Of a stretch of DNA of 64,000 nt, positions 27,106 through 37,583 are shown piece by piece (within the stretch, counting starts at the first letter, position 1; every line of letters begins with the position of its first letter). The DNA is taken from positions 3,648,001 through 3,712,000 of the forward strand of contig OZ220696.1 in assembly GCA_965116495.1 (NCBI GenBank), given 5' to 3'. Below the pieces are notes generated by a model. It made no database searches, was not told where the DNA came from, and saw only the letters and a program-made list of their open reading frames with translations. The position numbers and the translations under genes are program-made. This stretch comes from Gammaproteobacteria bacterium (lineage in GTDB: Bacteria; Pseudomonadota; Gammaproteobacteria; Eutrophobiales; Eutrophobiaceae).

Positions 27106-27396
27106 ATGGAAAAACAACCTTGTGTATATTTACTGGCCAGCAAGCGTAACGGCACATTATATGTAGGTGTCACCTCGAATTTGCCCAAACGGGTCTGGGA
27201 ACACAAATCAAAATTCGTCAAAGGTTTTACCGAGAAGTACAGAGTGGACAAGCTTGTCTGGTATGAGTTACACGGCACGATGGAATCGGCCATTCAGCGT
27301 GAGAAAAATATCAAGAACTGGAAAAGACGCTGGAAGCTGGAAATAATAGAAGCGATGAATCCGGATTGGAAGGATCTATATGAGGAATTGTTTTGA
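27106..27396 (+). CDS. Small GIY-YIG nuclease family protein
   Basis: VYLLAS...TLYVGVT..L.KRVWEHK..FT.KY..LVWYE..AIQREK; GGAGAG RBS. Confidence 0.9.
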   Translation: MEKQPCVYLLASKRNGTLYVGVTSNLPKRVWEHKSKFVKGFTEKYRVDKLVWYELHGTMESAIQREKNIKNWKRRWKLEIIEAMNPDWKDLYEELF

Positions 27397-27474
27397 CTGG
27401 GTTCCGGCTTTCGCCGGAACGACGGACGGGGCAGGCCGGAACGAGGGACGGCTCGGTATGATGGCGACGGTGTA

Positions 27475-28689
27475 TTACTGGGTCCGGGAAAATACCAGGG
27501 TGGCGTTGGTGCCGCCGAAGCCGAAGCTGTTCGACATCACCGTGTTCAGGCCGGCGTTGTCGATTCGTTCCAGGGCGATGGGCAGGCCGTCTGCTTCGCT
27601 GTCCAGTGTTTGAATGTTGGCGGATTCGCAGATGAAATCTTCTTTGAGCATCAGCAGCGTGAAGATGACCTCATTGACACCCGCGGCGCCCAGGCCGTGA
27701 CCTGACAGGGCTTTGGTAGAGCTGATCTCGGGGATGTTGTCCTTGAATACCGTTTTAATTGCGCTGAGTTCCCCGGTGTCCCCGGCCGGTGTGCTGGTGG
27801 CATGGGCGTTGATGTAGTCGACCGGTTCGTCGACGTTTGCCAGCGCCATCTCCATGCAACGTATTGCGCCTTCGCCGGAAGGCTTGACCATGTCGTAGCC
27901 GTCGGAAGTGGCGCCGTATCCCCGGATCTCCCCATAGATCTTCGCATTCCGGTTCATGGCATGTTCATACTCTTCCAGGACCACTATGCCGCCGCCGCCG
28001 GAGATGACGAACCCGTCCCTGGTGGCGTCGAAAGGCCGGGACGCGGTTGCCGGGCTGTCGTTATAACGGGACGAGAGGGCGCCCATACTGTCGAATAACA
28101 GGGTGCCGGTCCAATGAACCTCATCGCCGCCGCCGGCAAATATGATGTCCTGTTTGCCGGACTGGATAAGCTCGCAGGCATTGCCTATGCAGTGGGCACT
28201 GGTGGCGCAGGCGGATCCGATCGAATAATTAATCCCCTTGATCTTATAGGCAACCGCCAGGCAGGCGCTGCCGGTGCTCGACATGACCCTGGGCACCATG
28301 GTCGGCCCGACTTTCCTGGCGCCCCTGTTGCGCAATATGTCTGCCGCGGCGACCATGTTTTCGGTGGACGTGCCGCCGGTACCGACTATCAGGCCCGTGC
28401 GGTGGTGGGATACCTGCTCTTCATCCAGGTTTGCGTCTGAGATTGCATCCCGCATCGCCAGGTAGGCAAATGCGGCCGCATCGCCCATGAAACGCTTCTG
28501 TTTCCTGTCGATCAGTTCATCCAGGTTGAGATGGATGGGGGCGTGGAGGTGGGACCGGAATCCCAGGTCGGCATATTCCTGCGAAAACTCTACGCCACAT
28601 GTGGCCGACTTCAATGCGCCGAGTACTTCCTGCCGGCTGTTTCCTATACTGGATTTAATGCCCAGGCCGGTAATGACTACACGTTTCAA
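27475..28689 (-). CDS. fabB: Beta-ketoacyl-ACP synthase I
   Basis: [40 protein letters not shown]. Confidence 0.95.
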   Translation of the reverse strand: MKRVVITGLGIKSSIGNSRQEVLGALKSATCGVEFSQEYADLGFRSHLHAPIHLNLDELIDRKQKRFMGDAAAFAYLAMRDAISDANLDEEQVSHHRTGLIVGTGGTSTENMVAAADILRNRGARKVGPTMVPRVMSSTGSACLAVAYKIKGINYSIGSACATSAHCIGNACELIQSGKQDIIFAGGGDEVHWTGTLLFDSMGALSSRYNDSPATASRPFDATRDGFVISGGGGIVVLEEYEHAMNRNAKIYGEIRGYGATSDGYDMVKPSGEGAIRCMEMALANVDEPVDYINAHATSTPAGDTGELSAIKTVFKDNIPEISSTKALSGHGLGAAGVNEVIFTLLMLKEDFICESANIQTLDSEADGLPIALERIDNAGLNTVMSNSFGFGGTNATLVFSRTQ

Positions 28690-28741
28690 ATTATGCCTCT
28701 CTGAAAAGATTTACTGACGTGGTTGTTGCCCATAAAAAATA

Positions 28742-29251
28742 TCACAGCTGTTGAAATAAGCCCACCCTGAGGTCTTTTGCCGAATAGGTTTCGTTGCCAT
28801 CGACATACATATAGCCGTCTGCGACTCCCATTACCAGGTTGCGCGTCACTACTTTTTTCATATCGATAACGTATTTTACCAGCTTGCAGTCAGGTGTGAC
28901 CTGCCCGGAGAATTTGATTTTGCCTGCTCCCAGCGCTCGTCCGCGACCGGGTGCGCCGGTCCAGCCCAGGTAAAACCCCACCAACTGCCACATCGCGTCA
29001 AGGCCAAGGCAGCCGGGCATAACCGGGTCGCCCTGGAAGTGGCAATCAAAAAACCATAAATGCGGATTAATATCCAGTTCCGCGATGACATACCCCTTGC
29101 CCTTCCTGCCCCCGTTGTCACTGATTTCCGTTATCCGGTCAACCATCAACATGTTGTCCAACGGCAACTGGGCATTGCCTTCTCCGAACAATTCGCCCCG
29201 ACCACAGGCCAACAATTCTTCTTTGGAATACTGACTTTTTCCATTGTGCAT
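28742..29251 (-). CDS. fabA: 3-hydroxydecanoyl-ACP dehydratase/isomerase
   Basis: [27 protein letters not shown]. Confidence 0.96.
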   Translation of the reverse strand: MHNGKSQYSKEELLACGRGELFGEGNAQLPLDNMLMVDRITEISDNGGRKGKGYVIAELDINPHLWFFDCHFQGDPVMPGCLGLDAMWQLVGFYLGWTGAPGRGRALGAGKIKFSGQVTPDCKLVKYVIDMKKVVTRNLVMGVADGYMYVDGNETYSAKDLRVGLFQQL

Positions 29252-29331
29252 AGACCGGACAGTATCTCATGTTTCACGCCAATTTCCTATTACCTCCATT
29301 CCTGCAAAAACATTAATTTGGGACAAATATT

Positions 29332-29420
29332 AATTTGGGACACCCATAAATTAGGAAACATCCTCAATTTGGGACATCCACAAATTAATGTTTTTTTGTA
29401 ATTTATGGATGTCCCAAATT
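29332..29420. repeat. Mini-array of the 21-bp AATTTGGGACACCCATAAATT repeat with 13-nt spacers (representative)
   Basis: Copies at 29332, 29366 and 29400; similar arrays recur across the window. Confidence 0.85.
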
Positions 29421-29464
29421 GAGGATGTGCTTGACTATTGGTGTGTTGTATTTAGACTTGCGGT

Positions 29465-30673
29465 ATGACTAATAGGCGGCGTAGTGTAGCGGTTAAAATT
29501 GGTCCTGTTGAAGTGGGTGGGGGTGCACCGGTTGTCGTGCAGTCCATGACGAATACGGATACGGCTGATGTCACTGCCACGGTGAAGCAGGTACAGCAAC
29601 TGGCTGCGGCCGGGTCGGAACTGGTGCGTATCACGGTGAATAACGATGATGCGGCGCGCCAGGTGATGCGTATCCGGGAACGGCTGGACGTGCTGGGTTG
29701 CAACGTGCCCTTGATTGGCGATTTCCACTATAACGGCCACCAGTTGCTGACCAGGTACCCGGACTGTGCCGAGGCGCTGGCCAAGTACCGGATCAACCCG
29801 GGCAACGTGGGGTTCGGCAGGAAGCGTGACAGCCAGTTTGCCATCCTGATCGAGAAAGCCATCGAGTACGACAAGCCGATCCGCATCGGCGTGAACTGGG
29901 GTAGCCTGGACCAGGAACTGGCCACCCACATGATGGATAAGAACGCCAGGCTGGCAGAGCCCCTGGACGCCGACAGCGTCATGCAGGAGGCGTTGATCGT
30001 CTCTGCCCTGAACAGCGCGGCGAAGGCGGAGGAGATCGGTCTGCCCAGGGACCGGATCATCCTGTCATGCAAGGTCAGCGGCGTGCAGAAGCTGGTCTCG
30101 GTGTACCGCGACCTGGCCGGGCGTTGTGACTATGCCCTGCACCTCGGCCTGACGGAAGCCGGCATGGGGTCCAAGGGGATTGTTGCCTCCACCGCGGCCC
30201 TCGGCATCCTGCTGCAGGAGGGGATAGGGGATACGATCCGTATTTCCCTGACCCCCGAACCGGGCGGGGACCGGACTACCGAGGTGATCGTTGCCCAGGA
30301 GATCCTGCAGACCATGGGTATGCGCTCATTCACGCCCCTGGTCACTGCCTGCCCCGGTTGCGGCCGCACCACCAGCACCGTTTTCCAAGAACTGGCAGAC
30401 AGTATCCAGGCCTATATCAGGACCCAGATGCCGATCTGGCGTGAGAAATACAAGGGTGTTGAGGAGTTGAACCTGGCGGTGATGGGTTGCGTGGTCAACG
30501 GGCCGGGTGAAAGCAAGCACTCCGACGTCGGTATCAGCCTACCCGGAACCGGTGAAGCGCCGTCTGCGCCGGTCTATGTCGATGGAAAGAAAACAGTGAC
30601 CCTGCGCGGCGACAATATCGCCGGCGAGTTCCAGCGTATTGTGGATGAGTATATTGAAAACCGTTTTGGGTGA
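29465..30673 (+). CDS. ispG: 4-hydroxy-3-methylbut-2-en-1-yl diphosphate synthase
   Basis: [40 protein letters not shown]. Confidence 0.96.
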   Translation: MTNRRRSVAVKIGPVEVGGGAPVVVQSMTNTDTADVTATVKQVQQLAAAGSELVRITVNNDDAARQVMRIRERLDVLGCNVPLIGDFHYNGHQLLTRYPDCAEALAKYRINPGNVGFGRKRDSQFAILIEKAIEYDKPIRIGVNWGSLDQELATHMMDKNARLAEPLDADSVMQEALIVSALNSAAKAEEIGLPRDRIILSCKVSGVQKLVSVYRDLAGRCDYALHLGLTEAGMGSKGIVASTAALGILLQEGIGDTIRISLTPEPGGDRTTEVIVAQEILQTMGMRSFTPLVTACPGCGRTTSTVFQELADSIQAYIRTQMPIWREKYKGVEELNLAVMGCVVNGPGESKHSDVGISLPGTGEAPSAPVYVDGKKTVTLRGDNIAGEFQRIVDEYIENRFG

Positions 30674-30977
30674 GCCGGGATCGGACAACGCTGGTTAGTG
30701 TGGCAAAGTGTCGCCCGGGGGGCGACTTTTTTTGACTGGATTCCCGCGTGCGCGGGAATAACGCATACAGTTACAGACCGGAATTCGGCTACGCACTGGA
30801 TTCCCGCGTGCGCGGGAACGGCGAATGAAATACAAAAGCCCCACCCGCCTCTCGGGACAGGTGAGGCAAATGCATCAGACAGACTGTACGCAAGTATTGA
30901 CCGGATGTTTCGACCTGCCCCGGATTCCCGCGTGCCGCGGGAATGACGAACGGTGCGAAAATCCGGCCCGCCGGATA

Positions 30978-31331
30978 TCAGTCGCCTTTCAAATGATCCA
31001 TAGCTCTCTGAGCGAAAATACTGAGGGCGCCGGCTAACAGCGCTGTGGCTGCTTGGTCGAGGATGGCGTCGAGGTATCCGCCTACCGCGGGGATAAGCGC
31101 CAACACGCCGTCTCCGTCTCCCATCCCCGCGTCCGGCATCGTCGCTGCAGCAGCGACAGCAAGGGTGATTAACAGGTAAACGGCGGGATCGTCAGCATCG
31201 ACCGCCGTCCAGCCGAAGACCAGGCCGAGGACCACGAGAGCCAGGGGAAGCAGGTCCGATGGTACAGCCCCGGGGGCCAGACCCTCGATGATCGCTGCCA
31301 GCAAGATTAATCCAAAGACAATTCTAGTCAT
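30978..31331 (-). CDS. Small multi-TM membrane protein (tandem paralog 1)
   Basis: Hydrophobic; AGGAGG RBS; paralog of 31489-31806. Confidence 0.75.
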   Translation of the reverse strand: MTRIVFGLILLAAIIEGLAPGAVPSDLLPLALVVLGLVFGWTAVDADDPAVYLLITLAVAAAATMPDAGMGDGDGVLALIPAVGGYLDAILDQAATALLAGALSIFAQRAMDHLKGD

Positions 31332-31488
31332 ATTTTTTCCCTCCTGCGGATATTATGAGAATGGCATTGTAACAACACAAAAGCCTCACCCGTCCCCCAA
31401 GACGGGTGAGACAAATGCCTGAAGCAGACTGAACAATAGCATTAACCGGAATTTTCGATCTGCCAACGAATGCCCGGCCCGATGGGTA

Positions 31489-31806
31489 TCAGCCTTTCAA
31501 CCGATTCATGGTCCTCGCTACGAGTACGCTGATAACACCAGCATAAAGTGCGGCGCTGACCTGAGCAACGATAGCATCAATGTATCCACCTATCGCGGGA
31601 ATGGCGCCCAGTGCACCCCCTGCTGCTCCTACGGCGATAGCGATTGCCAGGAATGCCACAGGATCTTCCGCATCAACCGCAGTCCAGCCATAGGCAAGGC
31701 CAAGAACAGCAATAGCTAATGGAAGCAGGTTTGATGGAACTGCACCGGGAGCAAGACCCTCGATAAGAGCCGCTAAGGTGATCAATCCAACGATGATTCT
31801 AGTCAT
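31489..31806 (-). CDS. Small multi-TM membrane protein (tandem paralog 2)
   Basis: MTRI..GLI.LAA.IEGLAPGAVPS.LLPLA shared with its neighbour. Confidence 0.75.
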   Translation of the reverse strand: MTRIIVGLITLAALIEGLAPGAVPSNLLPLAIAVLGLAYGWTAVDAEDPVAFLAIAIAVGAAGGALGAIPAIGGYIDAIVAQVSAALYAGVISVLVARTMNRLKG

Positions 31807-32089
31807 ACTTTTTCCCTCCTACAGTTATTATTTCGTGAAGGGCTCACCGTCGAGTGGCCACGCCGGTCCTTGACATGGATACCACGGCAAGCCACCAAAC
31901 AAATATAGCACACAAATAGCGTAAAGGGTCAATAATTATCGGGCTGGCGGCACTATTTTTTCCCGCACCGGGTTTCCCCGGCCGGAACCATCGAGCGGGG
32001 ATGTTTTTGTCAAACGCGCGCCGAATAATGGCGGCGAATAATGTACAATCCAATACCTGACCACCTGAATAATCTTGAAGAGGAACTCC

Positions 32090-34027
<1,938 letters not shown>

Positions 34028-34336
34028 TGAAACACTTCCACCGGGGACGGAATTCAATTCCGTTCCCTACTCCCCGGACGCAGGAAACCGCTGAGAAGCA
34101 GTCTGGATCAGAAATTTTGGGACACCCATGAATTCCTGGGTTCCGGCTTGCGCCGGAACGACGTAGACCGGAATCAATTTGGGACACCCATAAATTGGCA
34201 AACATTATTAATTTGGGACACCCATGAATTGGATGGAATCCAGGAAGAAGAAATTTGGGACACCCTGCACTGAATTCCTGCCCTGCCTTAAGGCATGCCG
34301 GGGCATGCTTGCACAGGAGTGGTAACAGAGCATTTA

Positions 34337-35572
34337 ATGACTCAGAAAACCACTGACGGGCAGCCTGGATCCGCACTGTCACCGGACTCGATCGCATCCC
34401 TGAAAGAGTATTTCAGCCTGTGGCTGGAATGCGGGGAGCAGGCGTATGCGGAGATGGCATTTACCGAGGAATACTCCCGCAACTTCGGCGGGCTGGTGAA
34501 TGCTGTCCTGGCCATGCGGCGCGAGTCTGGTGCTGGGGCGGCCGGGTTCGACCTGCCGTTGCCTCCCGGATTTGCCGGGTCGTCCGGCGCCGGCCAGGTT
34601 GACGCCGGTCCCGTTGACGTAGGCCCTTCGGCCAGAGACGAGGTATACCGGGAGGATAAGGTCAGGCTGTACCGTTACAAACCGCTGGTCGCCGATCCTC
34701 ATGGCGTGCCCGTCCTGATCGTCTACGCCCTGGTGAACAGGCCGTACATCATGGACCTGCAGGACGGGCGGTCGCTGGTCCAGGGATTGCTCAGGGCCGA
34801 CCTGGATGTTTACCTGCTTGACTGGGGCTACCCGGACAGGGACGATGCGGCCCTGACCCTGGATGATTACATCAACCGCTACCTGGACAACTCGGTGGAC
34901 GTCATCAGGCAGCGGCATGGCGCTGACCGGGTAAACCTGCTGGGGGTGTGCCAGGGGGGGACGTTCTGTCTCTGTTACACGGCGCTGCGCCAGCACAAGG
35001 TCGCCAACCTGGTGACCAGCGTGACGCCGGTGGACTTTCATACCCGCCGGGACCTGCTCAGCCACCTGGTCCGGCACCTGGACCTGGACCTGGCCGTGGA
35101 CACGCTGGGCAATATACCCGGCGAGTTCCTGAACTGGCTATTCCTGCTGTTGCGGCCATACAAGTTGACCGGCAAGAAATACCTGGACGCGCTGGATATC
35201 CTGGATGACAGGGACAGGCTCGCCATGTTCATGCGCATGGAAAAGTGGATTTTTGACAGCCCCGATCAGGCCGGTGAGGCATGCCGCCAGTTCGCCACGG
35301 ATTTTTACCAGGGCAATAAACTGGTGAAAGGGGAGGTGCGTATCGGCGCGCAACAGGTCGACCTGGAAAAAATAACGATCCCGATACTCAATATCTACGC
35401 GAGCGATGACCACCTGGTCCCGACCGATGCATCCAAAGCCCTGGCCGGCTGCATCAGCAGCGAGGACTACACCGAACTGGAACTGCCCGGCGGACATATC
35501 GGCATCTACGTCGGCGCCGACTCCCAGTCAACTCTCCCCGCCGCCATCAACGACTGGCTCCGGCAAAGGTAA
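34337..35572 (+). CDS. phaC: Class III PHA synthase PhaC with N-terminal PhaE-like segment
   Basis: YALVNRPYIMDLQ, DWGYP, lipase box GVCQGG, FMRMEKWIFDSPD, GGHIG. Confidence 0.88.
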   Translation: MTQKTTDGQPGSALSPDSIASLKEYFSLWLECGEQAYAEMAFTEEYSRNFGGLVNAVLAMRRESGAGAAGFDLPLPPGFAGSSGAGQVDAGPVDVGPSARDEVYREDKVRLYRYKPLVADPHGVPVLIVYALVNRPYIMDLQDGRSLVQGLLRADLDVYLLDWGYPDRDDAALTLDDYINRYLDNSVDVIRQRHGADRVNLLGVCQGGTFCLCYTALRQHKVANLVTSVTPVDFHTRRDLLSHLVRHLDLDLAVDTLGNIPGEFLNWLFLLLRPYKLTGKKYLDALDILDDRDRLAMFMRMEKWIFDSPDQAGEACRQFATDFYQGNKLVKGEVRIGAQQVDLEKITIPILNIYASDDHLVPTDASKALAGCISSEDYTELELPGGHIGIYVGADSQSTLPAAINDWLRQR

Positions 35573-35821
35573 ACAGTAACGCATATTTCCCCTCCGTGGC
35601 ATCCTGAATTGACCTCTTAATTTGGGACACCCATAAATTTGAGAAATTTCTTAATTTGGGACACTCATAAATTCGGGAAGTGATTTTGGAATTTATGGGT
35701 GTCATAAATTGAGCCACTCCGGGGGATGCTGAAATTTAGCAATTTACGGATGTCCTAAATTGACTCCTCTCCGGGGGTGCTGAAATTTAGCAATTCATGG
35801 GTGTCCCAAATTGAGTCCGGG

Positions 35822-36808
35822 TCAGCAGTAGTTGTTGTTGCGGAACCAGTCTATGGCGTCTTCGATGGCCTGGCGGGCGGGGCGGGGGTGGTAGTTGAGG
35901 GTCTGTTTTGCCAGGGTGGAGGAGAAGTACATGTGTTTTTTTGCCATGTTTACGCCGTCCACTGTTGCGAACGGTTCTTTGTTGCTGATCTGTGACCACT
36001 TTTCGGCCAGCCAGGCGAAGGGGTAGACGGCGTTGTGGGGCAGTCTCACTTTCGGGGGCGGCAGGTTTGCGTAGGCGCAGATGGTTTCGAGGATGGTCTT
36101 TAACGTCATGTTTTCTCCGCCCAGGATGTAGCGTCTGCCCGGTTCGCCGTGTGTGAATGCCAGCAGGTGGCCTTTTGCCACGTCGTCCACGTGCGCCACG
36201 TTCAGTCCCGTGTCCACGTAGGCCGGGATTTTTCTTCTCAGGGTATCGACGATGATGCGGCCGGTGGGTGTGGGCTTCACGTCCCGTGGGCCGATCGGTG
36301 TGGACGGGTTGACGGTGACGATGGGCAGGCCTTGTGCTTCGACCATTTCCCGGACGGCCTGCTCGGCCAGGTATTTCGAGCGCTTGTAGTGGCCGACCAT
36401 GTCTTCCAGGGTGACCGGCGTGGTTTCATCGGCTGGACTGCGGTCGCGGTTGATGCCCAGGGTTGCCACGCTGCTGGTATACACCATTCTGCTGACGCCT
36501 GCGTCCGCGGCCTGGCGCAACAGGTCCCGGGTGCCGTCGACGTTGGTCCGGTACATGCGTGCCGGGTCGGTTATCCACAGGCGGTAGTCGGCGGCGACGT
36601 GGAACAGGTAGTTGCAACCGCTGACGGCCCGTTGCAGGGAGGCGGCATCGGTGAGGTCGCCTTCAACCAGGGTGATGTCCAGTTGTTCCAGGTTGCGCCG
36701 GTCGCTGCCGGGCCTGACCAGGGCCTTCACTTCATGGCCTTGTTGCAGCAGTTCCCGTACCAGCGCCGACCCGACGAAGCCGTTGGCGCCGGTAATCAGG
36801 GTGGTCAT
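35822..36808 (-). CDS. hpnA: Hopanoid-associated sugar epimerase/dihydroflavonol reductase-like
   Basis: GANGFVG, HVAADYRLW, YKRSK, PIGPRDVKPTPTG. Confidence 0.85.
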   Translation of the reverse strand: MTTLITGANGFVGSALVRELLQQGHEVKALVRPGSDRRNLEQLDITLVEGDLTDAASLQRAVSGCNYLFHVAADYRLWITDPARMYRTNVDGTRDLLRQAADAGVSRMVYTSSVATLGINRDRSPADETTPVTLEDMVGHYKRSKYLAEQAVREMVEAQGLPIVTVNPSTPIGPRDVKPTPTGRIIVDTLRRKIPAYVDTGLNVAHVDDVAKGHLLAFTHGEPGRRYILGGENMTLKTILETICAYANLPPPKVRLPHNAVYPFAWLAEKWSQISNKEPFATVDGVNMAKKHMYFSSTLAKQTLNYHPRPARQAIEDAIDWFRNNNYC

Positions 36809-37404
36809 TTATGCTTGAGCCTGAGGTAGTCGCGCAGGGTCCACAATGCGAACGCAGGCGCGCCGACCGTGGCCATGATGAGGAACGGGTACAGCACATC
36901 GAAAAACGTGACCAGCGGCAGCAGGTAGAAGACGTCTTCGATCTCGAACAGTCCGATATTGGGTTGAGCGATCTGTTCTTTGCCCAGCATGTTGCCGATC
37001 ATCAGGCGCAACTGGAAAATGGCGGCCACCGACACGCCGGCGAAAATCCCCATGGGTAACGCCCAGGTTCCCAGGGGGCCGTGCATCAGGCAGATGCCTA
37101 TGCCCACGAACAGCAGGATGTCGACGACGGCGTCGCTGGCGAGGTCGTAGAAATGTCCGAACCTGCTCGTCTTGCCGGTAATCCTGGCCAGTTCACCGTC
37201 GGTGTGGTCGAGGAAGTTGGATAAGGCGAAGAACAGCGCGCCGGCGTTGACCAGGTTTGGCTCACCAGTGCTGAGCAGTACGCAGGCGATGACACCGGTA
37301 AGCAGCCGCGCCGTGGTGAGGTGGTTGGGCGTGATCGCGGAATCCCGCAACGGATTAACGAGTCTGGCAGCCAGTCTGGCGTCAAGCGGTTTATTTTCCG
37401 GCAT
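36805..37404 (-). CDS. CDP-alcohol phosphatidyltransferase family
   Basis: TPNHLT, DHTDGELAR..G..S.FG..YD..SD. Confidence 0.9.
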   Translation of the reverse strand: MPENKPLDARLAARLVNPLRDSAITPNHLTTARLLTGVIACVLLSTGEPNLVNAGALFFALSNFLDHTDGELARITGKTSRFGHFYDLASDAVVDILLFVGIGICLMHGPLGTWALPMGIFAGVSVAAIFQLRLMIGNMLGKEQIAQPNIGLFEIEDVFYLLPLVTFFDVLYPFLIMATVGAPAFALWTLRDYLRLKHK

Positions 37405-37583
37405 GGGGAGAATTCAGGGCTGCTTCCATAACGCCGCAAAGTATATCATCGTATCAATTCAGGACACCCATAAATTGCGGCTTAATTTGGGACACCCATG
37501 AATTTAGCACTCCCAAGTTGATCCTGCCAAATTTATGGGTGTCCCAAATTGGGGGGGTCAGGTCGGGCTGACTGTGAGAGATG

